Made by a program: the position numbers and the translations under genes
Part shown: one piece after another, positions 38,423 through 48,251 of the stretch
How the letters are laid out: each line of letters begins with the position of its first letter
Numbering within the stretch: position 1 is the stretch's first letter
Notes under the pieces: generated by a model
Database searches by the model: none
What the model was told of the DNA's origin: nothing
The model's input: only the letters and a program-made list of their open reading frames with translations
Assembly: GCA_038215845.1 (NCBI GenBank)
Contig: JBBQQN010000001.1
Coordinates: 451 to 64,450, forward strand
Direction of reading: 5' to 3'
DNA: 64,000 nt
DNA from: Flavobacteriales bacterium
Lineage (GTDB): Bacteria > Bacteroidota > Bacteroidia > Flavobacteriales > Flavobacteriaceae

Positions 38423-41185
38423 ATGGATAAATACTCATTTCTCAATTCGGTTCACCCATCTTATCTAGCTGAACTATACGACAAATACTTACAATACCCC
38501 GATAGTGTGGAGCCCAGTTGGAGGGCATTTTTTCAAGGTTTTGACTTTGGTTCTGAAAATGGCTCGGCTGAAATGTTTCAAGATAATGAGACAGGGGCGG
38601 CAATACAAAACGAAAGCTGTGAAGATGTTGTAAAGGAATTTCAGGTTATCAAACTCATTGATGGCTACCGCACGCGCGGGCATCTGTTTACCAAAACTAA
38701 TCCAGTACGGGAGCGCAGAAAATACACGCCTACCCTCGCCATAGAAAATTTTGGGCTTTCCCAGCACGACCTGAAGGCAACTTTCAAGGCCGGGGAAATA
38801 TTGGGGATTGGCGAGGCAAGCCTTGAAGAGATAATAAAACATTTGGAAAGCATCTATTGCGATTCCATTGGGATAGAATACATGTACATTAGAAAGCCCA
38901 ACGAAATTCAATGGATTCAGGACAGGCTTAATATTAATGACAATCAACCCAATTTTTCATCCGAACATAAAAAATATATCTTACGGAAACTGAATGAAGC
39001 GGTCTCCTTTGAAACATTTTTGCACACAAAATATGTGGGCCAGAAACGCTTTTCCTTAGAAGGTGGCGAAAGCTTAATTCCCGCTTTGGATACACTTATT
39101 GAAAATGCAGCCGAAAAAGGTGTTGAGGAATTTGTAATGGGAATGGCCCACCGTGGTAGGCTGAGTACTCTTACAAATATTTTCGGAAAAAGCGCGAAAG
39201 ATATTTTCAGTGAATTTGACGGAAAGGATTACGCACAGGATATTTTTGATGGCGATGTGAAGTATCATCTCGGATGGACCTCAAAACGTACCACCGTGAG
39301 CGGAAAGGAAATAAACCTGAACATTGCCCCAAACCCTTCTCACCTCGAAACAGTAGGTGCTGTGGTGGAGGGAATAACAAGGGCCAAACAGGATGACCAC
39401 CACAAAGAAAACCCAAGCAAAGTACTGCCTATAATTGTTCACGGAGACGCCGCCATTGCAGGGCAGGGAATTGTTTATGAAATTGTGCAAATGGCACAGT
39501 TGGATGGTTATAAAACCGGCGGCACCATTCATATAGTGGTGAACAATCAAATAGGTTTTACCACCAACTATTTGGACGCGCGCTCGTCAATTTATTGTAC
39601 TGATGTTGGAAAGGTGACCCTTTCGCCCATCCTTCACGTAAATGCCGATGATGTGGAAGCAGTGGTTCATGCAATGATTTTTGCACTGGATTTCAGAATG
39701 GAATTTGGCCGCGATGTTTTTATAGATTTGTTGGGTTACCGAAAATACGGACACAACGAAGGAGACGAACCGCGTTTTACACAGCCCAAACTTTATAAAG
39801 CTATTAGCAAACATGAAAATCCACGGGATATTTATGCGGATAAGCTTATAAAGGAAGGGGTTATTGAAGAAGGGCACACCAAAAAATTAGAGGAAGAATA
39901 CAAGGATAATTTAGAAGAGAACCTCGAAGATTCCCGAAAAGAAGACAAAACTACCATTACTCCTTTTATGAAGGATGAATGGGAAGGTTATGAATATGCC
40001 GAAGAAGATAAGATGATGGAAGCGGTGGACACTACTTACGATTTGGATAAGTTGACCGAAATTGCAGAAGCCATTACAAAACTGCCTAAGGACAAAAAAT
40101 TCCTTAAAAAAATTGCTAAACTTATTGAGGCCCGTCACGCTATGTATTTTGATGACAACAAACTGGATTGGGCCATGGGCGAATTGCTTGCTTACGGAAC
40201 ACTTCTAAAGGAAGGTCACGATGTACGGATGAGCGGGCAGGATGTGGAACGTGGAACTTTTTCGCATAGGCATGCCGTTATTACGGTAGAGGATAGTGAA
40301 GAAGAGGTAGTATTGCTCAACCAACTAAAAGGAGAGCAAGGTGATTTTTACATATACAATTCATTGCTGTCGGAATATGGCGTGGTTGGTTTTGATTATG
40401 GTTATGCCATGGCAAGTCCGAAAACGTTGACCTTGTGGGAAGCCCAATTTGGCGACTTCAGCAACGGAGCGCAGATAATGATTGACCAATATATTTCTGC
40501 AGCCGAGGATAAATGGAAGCTTCAGAATGGTTTGGTAATGCTTTTGCCTCACGGATATGAGGGGCAAGGAGCGGAACATTCTTCTGCAAGAATGGAACGT
40601 TACCTACAGCTTTGTGCTACAGATAATATGTTTGTTGCGGACGTTACCACTCCGGCCAATTTATTTCACCTTTTTAGAAGGCAGATGAAAGTTAATTATC
40701 GCAAACCGTTAATTGTTTTCACTCCAAAAAGTTTATTGCGCCACCCAAAAGTTGTTTCAACTAAGGAAGAATTTGCCAATGGAAGTTTCCAAATGGTTAT
40801 TGACGATTCTGAAGCAAAGACAGCAAAAGTAAAAACTTTGGTTTTCGTTACCGGAAAATTTTATTACGATCTTCTTGAAAAAAGAGAAGAATTGAAAAGA
40901 GACGATGTAGCATTGGTGCGTGTGGAACAATTATTTCCATTACCAGTAACAGCGATGAAGAAAATTATCAAAAAATACATAAATGCTCTGGATGTAGTCT
41001 GGGCACAGGAAGAACCAAAAAACATGGGAGCTTATTCGCATGTTTTGATGCATTTTGAAGAAGCTAGAAACTTTAGGGTATGCAGTAGAAAAATGTATGC
41101 TGCTCCCGCGGCAGGTAGTACCGTTAGATCAAAAGCGCGCCATCAAAAAGTTATGGAGAGTGTTTTTGATAAAACAATGGATTAG
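38423..41185 (+). CDS. sucA: 2-oxoglutarate dehydrogenase E1 component
   Basis: About 920 aa from MDKYSFLNS. It carries a TPP-binding region and the HGYEGQGAEHSSAR motif. A TACTTTTG -7-like element lies at 38378-38385. Confidence 0.95.
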   Translation: MDKYSFLNSVHPSYLAELYDKYLQYPDSVEPSWRAFFQGFDFGSENGSAEMFQDNETGAAIQNESCEDVVKEFQVIKLIDGYRTRGHLFTKTNPVRERRKYTPTLAIENFGLSQHDLKATFKAGEILGIGEASLEEIIKHLESIYCDSIGIEYMYIRKPNEIQWIQDRLNINDNQPNFSSEHKKYILRKLNEAVSFETFLHTKYVGQKRFSLEGGESLIPALDTLIENAAEKGVEEFVMGMAHRGRLSTLTNIFGKSAKDIFSEFDGKDYAQDIFDGDVKYHLGWTSKRTTVSGKEINLNIAPNPSHLETVGAVVEGITRAKQDDHHKENPSKVLPIIVHGDAAIAGQGIVYEIVQMAQLDGYKTGGTIHIVVNNQIGFTTNYLDARSSIYCTDVGKVTLSPILHVNADDVEAVVHAMIFALDFRMEFGRDVFIDLLGYRKYGHNEGDEPRFTQPKLYKAISKHENPRDIYADKLIKEGVIEEGHTKKLEEEYKDNLEENLEDSRKEDKTTITPFMKDEWEGYEYAEEDKMMEAVDTTYDLDKLTEIAEAITKLPKDKKFLKKIAKLIEARHAMYFDDNKLDWAMGELLAYGTLLKEGHDVRMSGQDVERGTFSHRHAVITVEDSEEEVVLLNQLKGEQGDFYIYNSLLSEYGVVGFDYGYAMASPKTLTLWEAQFGDFSNGAQIMIDQYISAAEDKWKLQNGLVMLLPHGYEGQGAEHSSARMERYLQLCATDNMFVADVTTPANLFHLFRRQMKVNYRKPLIVFTPKSLLRHPKVVSTKEEFANGSFQMVIDDSEAKTAKVKTLVFVTGKFYYDLLEKREELKRDDVALVRVEQLFPLPVTAMKKIIKKYINALDVVWAQEEPKNMGAYSHVLMHFEEARNFRVCSRKMYAAPAAGSTVRSKARHQKVMESVFDKTMD

Positions 41186-41290
41186 TAATAAAGATTATAG
41201 GGCTTAAATTAAAAAATGAATTAATTTTAAGAGGCAGCCCAAAAAACAATAAGGAAAAATAAACCTTGGCTTATAATAAAAGATAAAATT

Positions 41291-42571
41291 ATGGCATTAG
41301 AAATGAAAGTTCCGTCCCCCGGAGAATCCATCACCGAAGTTGAAATAGCAGCTTGGCTGGTAAAGGATGGTGATTATGTGGAAAAAGACCAAGCGATAGC
41401 AGAAATAGATAGCGATAAGGCAACTCTTGAACTTCCCGCAGAAGCAAGTGGTATTATTACCTTAAAAGCGGAAGAAGGCGATACTGTGGCTGTAGGTCAG
41501 GTGGTTTGTATTATTGATACCGACGCAAAAAAACCAGGAGAAGACGAAAGTACTTCAGAAAAAGAAGCGCCCAAAACAAAGGAAGCGCCAAAAAAAGAAA
41601 CACCCAAAGAAGATACTTCAAAAAAAGGAGATGCAAAAATTCAAACTCCTTCAAAATCCTCAACACCCAACCAAAAGCAGGATAAAGTAAGCTATGCCAG
41701 CGGTTCGGCTTCCCCTGCTGCTAAGAAAATTCTTGACGAAAAGGGTATGTCTTCAAAAGATGTAAGCGGAACGGGAAGAGACGGACGGATAACCAAGGAT
41801 GATGCTGTAAACGCTGCACCTTCTATGGGAACTCCGGGAACTGGCAGTCGTGGTAGTGAAAGAAAGAAACTTTCCATGCTTCGCCGTAAAGTGGCAGAAC
41901 GCTTGGTTTCCGCCAAAAATGAAACAGCCATGCTTACCACTTTTAATGAAGTGGACATGACGGCTATTTATGGATTGAGAAGCCAATATAAGGAGCAATT
42001 CAAGGAAAAGCATGGGGTTGGACTTGGGTTTATGTCGTTTTTTACGCTTGCCGTAGTAAGGGCATTGGAACTTTATCCAGATGTGAACTCCATGATTGAT
42101 GGTGACTACATGATAACCTATGATTTTAAAGATATTTCAATTGCGGTTTCTGGTCCCAAAGGATTAATGGTCCCAGTAATACGAAATACTGAAAACTTAA
42201 GTTTTAGAGGGGTGGAAGATGAAGTTAAAAGATTGGCTTTGCGCGCACGCGATGGGCAAATAACCGTTGATGAAATGACTGGCGGTACCTTTACCATCTC
42301 AAATGGAGGTGTTTTTGGAAGCATGCTTTCCACACCCATTATTAACCCGCCACAATCCGCAATCCTGGGAATGCACAATATTGTAGATCGGGCAATAGTT
42401 CGCGATGGAGGTATAGTAGTGGCGCCTGTAATGTATGTTGCTTTGTCCTACGACCACAGAATTATTGATGGTAAGGAATCTGTTGGATTTTTGGTTGCAG
42501 TGAAAGAAGCATTGGAAAATCCCGAAGAATTGTTAATGAACAACAATGTGAAACACGCTTTGGAATTATAA
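41291..42571 (+). CDS. sucB: 2-oxoglutarate dehydrogenase E2 dihydrolipoyllysine succinyltransferase
   Basis: Lipoyl domain with EIDSDKATLELPA, a Pro/Lys-rich linker, and the catalytic SYDHRIIDG motif. Confidence 0.95.
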   Translation: MALEMKVPSPGESITEVEIAAWLVKDGDYVEKDQAIAEIDSDKATLELPAEASGIITLKAEEGDTVAVGQVVCIIDTDAKKPGEDESTSEKEAPKTKEAPKKETPKEDTSKKGDAKIQTPSKSSTPNQKQDKVSYASGSASPAAKKILDEKGMSSKDVSGTGRDGRITKDDAVNAAPSMGTPGTGSRGSERKKLSMLRRKVAERLVSAKNETAMLTTFNEVDMTAIYGLRSQYKEQFKEKHGVGLGFMSFFTLAVVRALELYPDVNSMIDGDYMITYDFKDISIAVSGPKGLMVPVIRNTENLSFRGVEDEVKRLALRARDGQITVDEMTGGTFTISNGGVFGSMLSTPIINPPQSAILGMHNIVDRAIVRDGGIVVAPVMYVALSYDHRIIDGKESVGFLVAVKEALENPEELLMNNNVKHALEL

Positions 42572-42590
42572 AAGAATAAATCTCTAAAAT

Positions 42591-42623
42591 AAAAAATCCG
42601 GTTTATAGACCGGATTTTTTTTT
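42591..42623 (+). terminator. Terminator after sucB
   Basis: aatccggt ttatag accggatt hairpin followed by T9. Confidence 0.7.
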
Positions 42624-42657
42624 GGTTAGTTAGCTTAAGGATAGCAACCTTAAATTT

Positions 42658-42792
42658 TCAATAAAAAATTAAACTATTTAATATGTTTAACACAATTATA
42701 AAAATAACAGATATAGCCAGAACCACAATAACTGGGTTTCTAGAAGTTTTTTCCACCTTCTGTTCTTCCTCTATTAAAACTGATTCTTTCAT
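42658..42792 (-). CDS. Candidate 44-aa single-TM peptide downstream of the two-component system (not in the ORF track)
   Basis: My hand translation is MKESVLIEEEQKVEKTSRNPVIVVLAISVIFIIVLNILNSLIFY*. It has an acidic N-terminus and one hydrophobic helix. Confidence 0.3.
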   Translation of the reverse strand: MKESVLIEEEQKVEKTSRNPVIVVLAISVIFIIVLNILNSLIFY

Positions 42793-42871
42793 ATTGTAAA
42801 TATGCATATTTCTTTAGAATTATAAAATACGTAGTAACACGTAAATTTCTAAAAAAATTCTGTAAACACCT

Positions 42872-43507
42872 CTATAACAATTTTTCATGATGTTCCTTGG
42901 CCCATATAAGGAGGCTGTTTGTCTTGGGTTCAAGGTTTAATTTCGTAATCATATTACTACGGTGTTTTTCTACTGTACGGTATGAAATAAAAAGCTGCGA
43001 GGCAATTTCCTTATTGGTTTTGTCCTTGGCTATAAGCTTTAATATTTTTTTTTCGGAAGGGGTTAGAATATTAAGATCATTATCGCCAATAAATACTACG
43101 CCTATCAATTCCTTAATCTTTGGGCTGAAAAAAGGGTTGCCTTCCGTTACCGTTTTAATGCAGTTTTCAATTTCCTCCAGTGCAAATTCCTTTAAAATAT
43201 AACCGAATATATTAAGTTCCTGGGCTTTTTGGTAGAGTTCCTTTTCTTTATGAAGAGTAATTAATACTATTTTAGTTTCTATGCCCTGGGTTTTGCATTT
43301 TTTTGCAATTTCCAAGCCCGACATAAATGGCATTTGAATATCCAGTATGGCTATATCTGGGTTTGTTTTAGTGATTAGGTTATAGGCTTCCCTGCCGTTG
43401 TTGCCACTCCCAACAAGGTTATATCCCTTTTCAGATAAAAAATCACTTAGCCCTTTTAGAAGCAGGGGATGGTCATCTGCAATGATTATGGATGCTGTTT
43501 TATTCAT
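42872..43507 (-). CDS. Response regulator, NarL/LuxR family
   Basis: Receiver domain (IIADDHPLL...DIAILDIQMP) followed by a C-terminal LuxR HTH (NKEIASQLFISYRTVEKHRSNM). Confidence 0.9.
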   Translation of the reverse strand: MNKTASIIIADDHPLLLKGLSDFLSEKGYNLVGSGNNGREAYNLITKTNPDIAILDIQMPFMSGLEIAKKCKTQGIETKIVLITLHKEKELYQKAQELNIFGYILKEFALEEIENCIKTVTEGNPFFSPKIKELIGVVFIGDNDLNILTPSEKKILKLIAKDKTNKEIASQLFISYRTVEKHRSNMITKLNLEPKTNSLLIWAKEHHEKLL

Positions 43508-45507
43508 AATGGAAATTGAAATTCAATAATAGTTCCCGCATCTTTCTTTGAAGTTACCTTCATTTGTCCCTTTAAAAACTTTGTGCGTTCCAAAAGCGTT
43601 TTAAGTCCCAATGATTTTACGTCTTGGTATTTTTCATTAAAATCAAAGCCTACCCCGTTATCCCGTACGGAAATGAGGATATTATTGGTAAACTTTTTGA
43701 TCGAAACCTTTCCAGCTTCAGCTTTGGCATGTTTCAAAATATTGCTCAGACTTTCCTGGACTATCCTATATATATTTACTTCTTCCTCTTTTGAAAAAAT
43801 GTTGTCTATATTATCTATTTCAGCGGAGATAAAAAGCGTGGTATTTTCATCTATAAGGTTAATGGTGTATTCTATGGCTTTGGTAATGCCCAATTCCTGC
43901 AGCTGAAAAGGGTGAAGGTCACGGGAGATTGTTCGTACCTCTTCAATGGTATGGTCAACCATTCTTTTTGTGTGGTTGTCTCCGCTTTCAATAAGCTTGT
44001 TTTTAATGACCAATAATTGCTGCCCTATTCCATCGTGAAGATCTTTTGAAATCCTTCTTCGTTCTCCTTCCTGTGAGACAATCAATTCCTGGCTAAATTT
44101 TTCCTGAAGTATTTTATGGGCTTTCAGGTGTTTGTGGTTTCGGTACATTAATATTAACCCAAAGCAGAGCAGGATAGCAATTCCTGTAAAGAGCATGACT
44201 TTTTTAAAGTTCTCATTGTCTTTTTCAAGAAGGGTGATGTTGGTAGTTTTTTCAACCAGTTCTTTTTCTTTCTTTTCCGTTTCGTAAAGTGTTTGGTAGT
44301 AGGCAAGGGAATTTGCCGTACTTCTATTATATATGGAATCCTTTATGGAATTGGAGGAGATATTGTTTTCCACACTTTTTTTATAATCACCAATATCATA
44401 GTAAATTTCGGAAAGAAGCGAGTAGGTGCTCATAATCTCATCTTCTATTCCAAGGGTTTTGGCACTTTCGAGCTTTTGTTGTGCCAGAGCCAAGGCTACT
44501 TCATTTTTCCCAATAGTTAGGAAATATTTTGCCTTTGCGCCTAGATAATTAAGCTTTGATGCGGAATCGCCCTTAAGGTCATATTGACTTTCGAGAAGGG
44601 CAATGTGTTTTTTTGCCTGTTCAATTTGGTCGTGTTCGCAGTAATATTCTATGAGTGCTGCCTGAATATCTATGAAATTGGAATTATTCATGGAATTTTT
44701 ATCCACACTTTTTTCTGCCAACAAAAGGGAGTTATACTCCAAGTCGTATTTCCCAATTTTTTTATAATCCAAGGCTTGATTATAATATTCATCAGAGAGG
44801 TACGAATAAAGTTTGAGCGCCTTCATTTTTTCGATAAGCCCATCGCGTTCAATTTTTGCTTTTTCGTAAAACCCGTTCCGGCTAAACATATTTATAATAC
44901 CCTGCTGCGAGAATACCATATATTCGTAATCCTTCCCGTTTTCATAAATAGTATAGGCCTTTGTAAAATCTTCACCCGCCAAAACAAACTTTCCCAAGCT
45001 GGAATAAGCTTGCCCCCTAAATAAATACGCATCTGCCTTTTGTAGAGAATCTTTTTCGGGTAAATTGGCCAGTGCCAAAGTGAAATCTTCAATCGCTTTT
45101 TTAAGGTCAATCTTTGTGAAGGCATTGCCTCTTTTTAAATAAAGGCCGCCCAATAAAAAGCTGTCTTTTATTTTGTATTTGCGTGCTAAAACTCCATTTA
45201 TGATTGTTATGGCCTTAAGTGGGTCGTTGGCATAAGTGGTCATTGTGTACTGCAAGTTCATGGCCTTTCTGGCAGCTGGCTCAATACTATCCAGTTCTTC
45301 GGCAAGGTCAATATACTGAATGCTATATTTTAAAAAAGACTCATTGTCAACCCTAAAGGTTCTGAAAAGCAAACTGTCCAGGGCAGCTAGTTTTACTGTA
45401 GTGTTTTGACTAGTGTCCACAATGTGCTTGTAATAGGAAATATTCTGGCTAACCCCTACAAAGGGCGCAACCATAATAAAGGTAAGCACAGCCATTAAAG
45501 TTTTCAA
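43504..45507 (-). CDS. Sensor histidine kinase with an N-terminal TPR-like periplasmic/extracytoplasmic region (HisKA_3 type)
   Basis: 667 aa with a signal/TM segment, TPR-like repeats, a TM helix, the H-box RRRISKDLHDGIGQQL and an HATPase domain. A 4-nt overlap links it to the response regulator gene. Confidence 0.85.
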   Translation of the reverse strand: MKTLMAVLTFIMVAPFVGVSQNISYYKHIVDTSQNTTVKLAALDSLLFRTFRVDNESFLKYSIQYIDLAEELDSIEPAARKAMNLQYTMTTYANDPLKAITIINGVLARKYKIKDSFLLGGLYLKRGNAFTKIDLKKAIEDFTLALANLPEKDSLQKADAYLFRGQAYSSLGKFVLAGEDFTKAYTIYENGKDYEYMVFSQQGIINMFSRNGFYEKAKIERDGLIEKMKALKLYSYLSDEYYNQALDYKKIGKYDLEYNSLLLAEKSVDKNSMNNSNFIDIQAALIEYYCEHDQIEQAKKHIALLESQYDLKGDSASKLNYLGAKAKYFLTIGKNEVALALAQQKLESAKTLGIEDEIMSTYSLLSEIYYDIGDYKKSVENNISSNSIKDSIYNRSTANSLAYYQTLYETEKKEKELVEKTTNITLLEKDNENFKKVMLFTGIAILLCFGLILMYRNHKHLKAHKILQEKFSQELIVSQEGERRRISKDLHDGIGQQLLVIKNKLIESGDNHTKRMVDHTIEEVRTISRDLHPFQLQELGITKAIEYTINLIDENTTLFISAEIDNIDNIFSKEEEVNIYRIVQESLSNILKHAKAEAGKVSIKKFTNNILISVRDNGVGFDFNEKYQDVKSLGLKTLLERTKFLKGQMKVTSKKDAGTIIEFQFPL

Positions 45508-45573
45508 TACATTAGGTTTTGTGGAGAGCAGTTAAATGTAGTTAATTTATTGTAAATAAGGCATATCTAAAAA

Positions 45574-45993
45574 CTATTCTCTAACATAAAAGCAATTTCT
45601 ACCGTAATCAATTACCGCCCGATTTTTTTTGAGAAAATCAGCTCCAATAATACCGTGGATGGGTTTTTCCTCAACTTGCCCAAGGGCTTCATTTATGTGT
45701 GAAAGATCGAAAATAACAAAATCCATATTTTTTATTTTCCAATTATTAATGGTAAAAACATTATTGCGGGACAGCATGGTTTCCATATTTATTGCGCCGG
45801 CACCCGCCGCTTTAATGATACTGTCTTCACTTACCATTGAAAAATGGGAACTGTCACTAAAACCTATACAACTGGTGGAAGCGCCGGTGTCCAAAATAAA
45901 ATTGCCGACTGAGCCGTTAATTTTCGCGCTGAAAAAATAATGGCCCGTGGCAAGTCTTTTCAGCGGAATGCGATAAAAGCCTACGGCTTTCAT
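45574..45993 (-). CDS. Stand-alone retropepsin-like aspartic protease domain protein
   Basis: FILDTGAS active-site motif plus a downstream GIIGADFL motif. The start at 45993 (MKAVGFYRIP) avoids overlap with tatD. Confidence 0.6.
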   Translation of the reverse strand: MKAVGFYRIPLKRLATGHYFFSAKINGSVGNFILDTGASTSCIGFSDSSHFSMVSEDSIIKAAGAGAINMETMLSRNNVFTINNWKIKNMDFVIFDLSHINEALGQVEEKPIHGIIGADFLKKNRAVIDYGRNCFYVRE

Positions 45994-46059
45994 AAAACTA
46001 CGTAAGTGCTTCAATTTTTTTTGTGCAAAGATAGTAAACAAAATAAGTAGCTTTGCGGT

Positions 46060-46824
46060 ATGTTGACAGATACACACACTCATTTATATAGTAATGCCTT
46101 TGATGGAGATAGGGCCACAATGATGAAACGGGCTTTTGAGGCGGGCATCGAACGTTTTTTTATCCCCGCAATAGATTCCGGCCATACCGAAGCCATGTAT
46201 GCGCTGGAAAATGAATATCCCAACAATGTATTTTTAATGATGGGGCTGCACCCAACTTCGGTAAAGGAAAATTTTGAAGAGGAATTGGCGCATGTTGAGG
46301 AACAATTCAAAAAGAGAGATTTTTTCGCGGTTGGTGAAATTGGCATCGATCTTTATTGGGACAAATCTACTTTGGAAATCCAAAAAACCGCTTTTAAAAA
46401 ACAGATACAATTGGCGAAGAAGCACAAATTGCCAATCGTAATCCATTGCAGGGAGGCCTTTGATGAAATCTTTGAAGTGCTGGAAACCGAAAAGGACGAC
46501 GATCTGTTTGGAATTTTCCACTGCTTCACCGGAACTTTTGAGCAAGCCCAAAAAGCCATTTCCTATAATATGAAACTCGGTATCGGCGGAGTGGTGACAT
46601 TTAAGAATGGAAAGATTGATACTTTTTTAAATCAGATTCCGCTGGAGCACATTGTTTTGGAAACCGATTCGCCCTATCTTGCGCCGGCGCCATATCGTGG
46701 CAAGCGTAATGAGAGCAGTTATTTGAGGCTAGTTTGCAAAAAACTTGCTGAGGTTTATGGAGTTTCAGAAGAAGAGATAGCAAAGGTTACTACTGAAAAT
46801 TCGAAGAAAATTTTTGGAATTTAA
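46060..46824 (+). CDS. TatD-family metal-dependent hydrolase
   Basis: N-terminal DTHTHLY, with GEIGIDLYW and HCF motifs. Confidence 0.9.
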   Translation: MLTDTHTHLYSNAFDGDRATMMKRAFEAGIERFFIPAIDSGHTEAMYALENEYPNNVFLMMGLHPTSVKENFEEELAHVEEQFKKRDFFAVGEIGIDLYWDKSTLEIQKTAFKKQIQLAKKHKLPIVIHCREAFDEIFEVLETEKDDDLFGIFHCFTGTFEQAQKAISYNMKLGIGGVVTFKNGKIDTFLNQIPLEHIVLETDSPYLAPAPYRGKRNESSYLRLVCKKLAEVYGVSEEEIAKVTTENSKKIFGI

Positions 46825-46840
46825 GGATGAACAAATCAAT

Positions 46841-47869
46841 ATGACAAAAAAACCAAACATACTCCTTATATATACCGGCGGAACTATCGGGATGATCAAG
46901 GATTTTGAGACCGGCGCGCTGCGCAATTTTAATTTTGGCGAACTTCTGAATCATATTCCCGAGCTTAAGCTGATAGATTGCAACATAACGACCACAACTT
47001 TTTCAAAACCAATCGATAGTTCAAATATGAATCCAAAATATTGGATAGATATTGCAACTATTATTGAAAACAATTACGAAACCGTAGATGGATTTGTGGT
47101 GCTACACGGAAGCGATACCATGAGCTACACTGCTTCGGCAATGAGCTTTATGCTGGAGAATTTGGCAAAACCTGTAATATTTACAGGCTCTCAACTTCCA
47201 ATTGGCGATTTGCGTACAGATGCCAAGGAAAATTTGATAACCTCTATTCAGATTGCTGCCCTGCAGGAAAGGGGCGTTTCAAAAATTGGTGAGGTGTGTC
47301 TTTATTTTGAATATAAACTTTACCGCGCCAACCGCACAACTAAGCTTAATGCCGAACACTTTGAGGCCTTTGCCTCCAGCAATTATCCTGAATTGGTACA
47401 AAGCGGAGTTCATTTAGTTGTAAACAATGAGGCTTTGTACAGGCCAAACCGAAGAAAAAAGCTAAAAGTCCACAAAAACCTTGAAACGAATATTCTGTTG
47501 TTGAAAATGTTTCCGGGAATAGATGAAAGCGCAGTTAAGTATATTTTTGACTATCCCAATTTAAAAGGATTGGTGCTCGAAACCTATGGAAGCGGGAATG
47601 TAACCAATGAAAAATGGTTTTTGGAGGCACTTAGATCTGTTATTAAAAAAGGTATTCCCATAATAAATGTTACCCAATGTTCTGGCGGAAGTGTAAATAT
47701 GGGTCAATACGAAACCAGTACAGAATTGAGGAAAATGGGCATAATCAGCGGAAAAGACTGTACCACCGAGGCGGCTTTGGCAAAACTTATGTATTTATTA
47801 GGGCAAAAAATTTCGGCTAACAGCTTCAAAACCATATTCGAAACCTCATTAAGGGGCGAAATGCAATAA
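46841..47869 (+). CDS. ansA: Type I L-asparaginase
   Basis: ILLIYTGGTIGM and HGSDTMSYTA motifs. The ATG at 46841 is preferred. Confidence 0.9.
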   Translation: MTKKPNILLIYTGGTIGMIKDFETGALRNFNFGELLNHIPELKLIDCNITTTTFSKPIDSSNMNPKYWIDIATIIENNYETVDGFVVLHGSDTMSYTASAMSFMLENLAKPVIFTGSQLPIGDLRTDAKENLITSIQIAALQERGVSKIGEVCLYFEYKLYRANRTTKLNAEHFEAFASSNYPELVQSGVHLVVNNEALYRPNRRKKLKVHKNLETNILLLKMFPGIDESAVKYIFDYPNLKGLVLETYGSGNVTNEKWFLEALRSVIKKGIPIINVTQCSGGSVNMGQYETSTELRKMGIISGKDCTTEAALAKLMYLLGQKISANSFKTIFETSLRGEMQ

Positions 47870-47948
47870 ATAAACCCCACAAATAATTTTATGGCGTTGT
47901 TTTTTTTTTGATATTTGGCACTCCATAAAAAGTATGGGTAAAATTAAT

Positions 47949-48036
47949 AGAGAGGTGGCCGAGTGGTCGAAGGCGCACGCCTGGAAAGTGTGTATACGCC
48001 ACAAGCGTATCGAGGGTTCGAATCCCTTCCTCTCTG
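47949..48036 (+). tRNA. tRNA-Ser (anticodon GGA)
   Basis: 7-bp acceptor stem AGAGAGG/CCTCTCT, D-loop GAGTGGTCGAA, anticodon loop CTGGAAA, a long variable arm and T-loop GGTTCGAATCC. No encoded CCA. Confidence 0.9.
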
Positions 48037-48251
48037 CTAGTTTATTTGGGATTTCAAATTTGATTGAATTTATTTGACAAGTATTTGAATAGGGGAAGAT
48101 AAAAATTCCGTTAATATTTTGTTTAAATAAATAAGATTTATGTATTGAAGACGTTACTTTGTTATCCTTCACAAATAATAATATTGTAGATTAACTAAAT
48201 TATTTTATATCTTTAAACCTTTAACTAAAAACAAACTTTAAGTCGATAGCA

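Noticed and set aside
38489-38947. A 152-aa minus-strand ORF, with similar long antisense ORFs at 31296-31766, 32383-32778, 32757-33200, 44584-45024, 22997-23386 and 27869-28228.
   Set aside because: Each lies entirely antisense inside a well-supported long gene (sucA, RND pump, histidine kinase, ClC, susC-like). The translations are low-complexity or Cys/Phe/Leu-rich with no recognisable motifs. This is typical of frame-shadow ORFs.
47911-47930. TGGCAC-N5 upstream of tRNA-Ser, and a TGGCAC…GGCA string at 59217-59240, as possible sigma-54 promoters.
   Set aside because: The -12 TTGC element is missing at the correct spacing in the first. The second lies inside the cupredoxin coding sequence.
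47849-48172. A 107-aa minus-strand ORF spanning the asparaginase 3' end and the tRNA-Ser gene.
   Set aside because: It overlaps a canonical tRNA on the opposite strand, and its sequence reflects the tRNA complement. Spurious.
47870-48251. I looked for an integrated element at tRNA-Ser: an integrase, or a direct repeat of the tRNA 3' end.
   Set aside because: No integrase or recombinase ORF is present and I found no duplicated tRNA 3' segment downstream. The next genes are core exbB/exbD.
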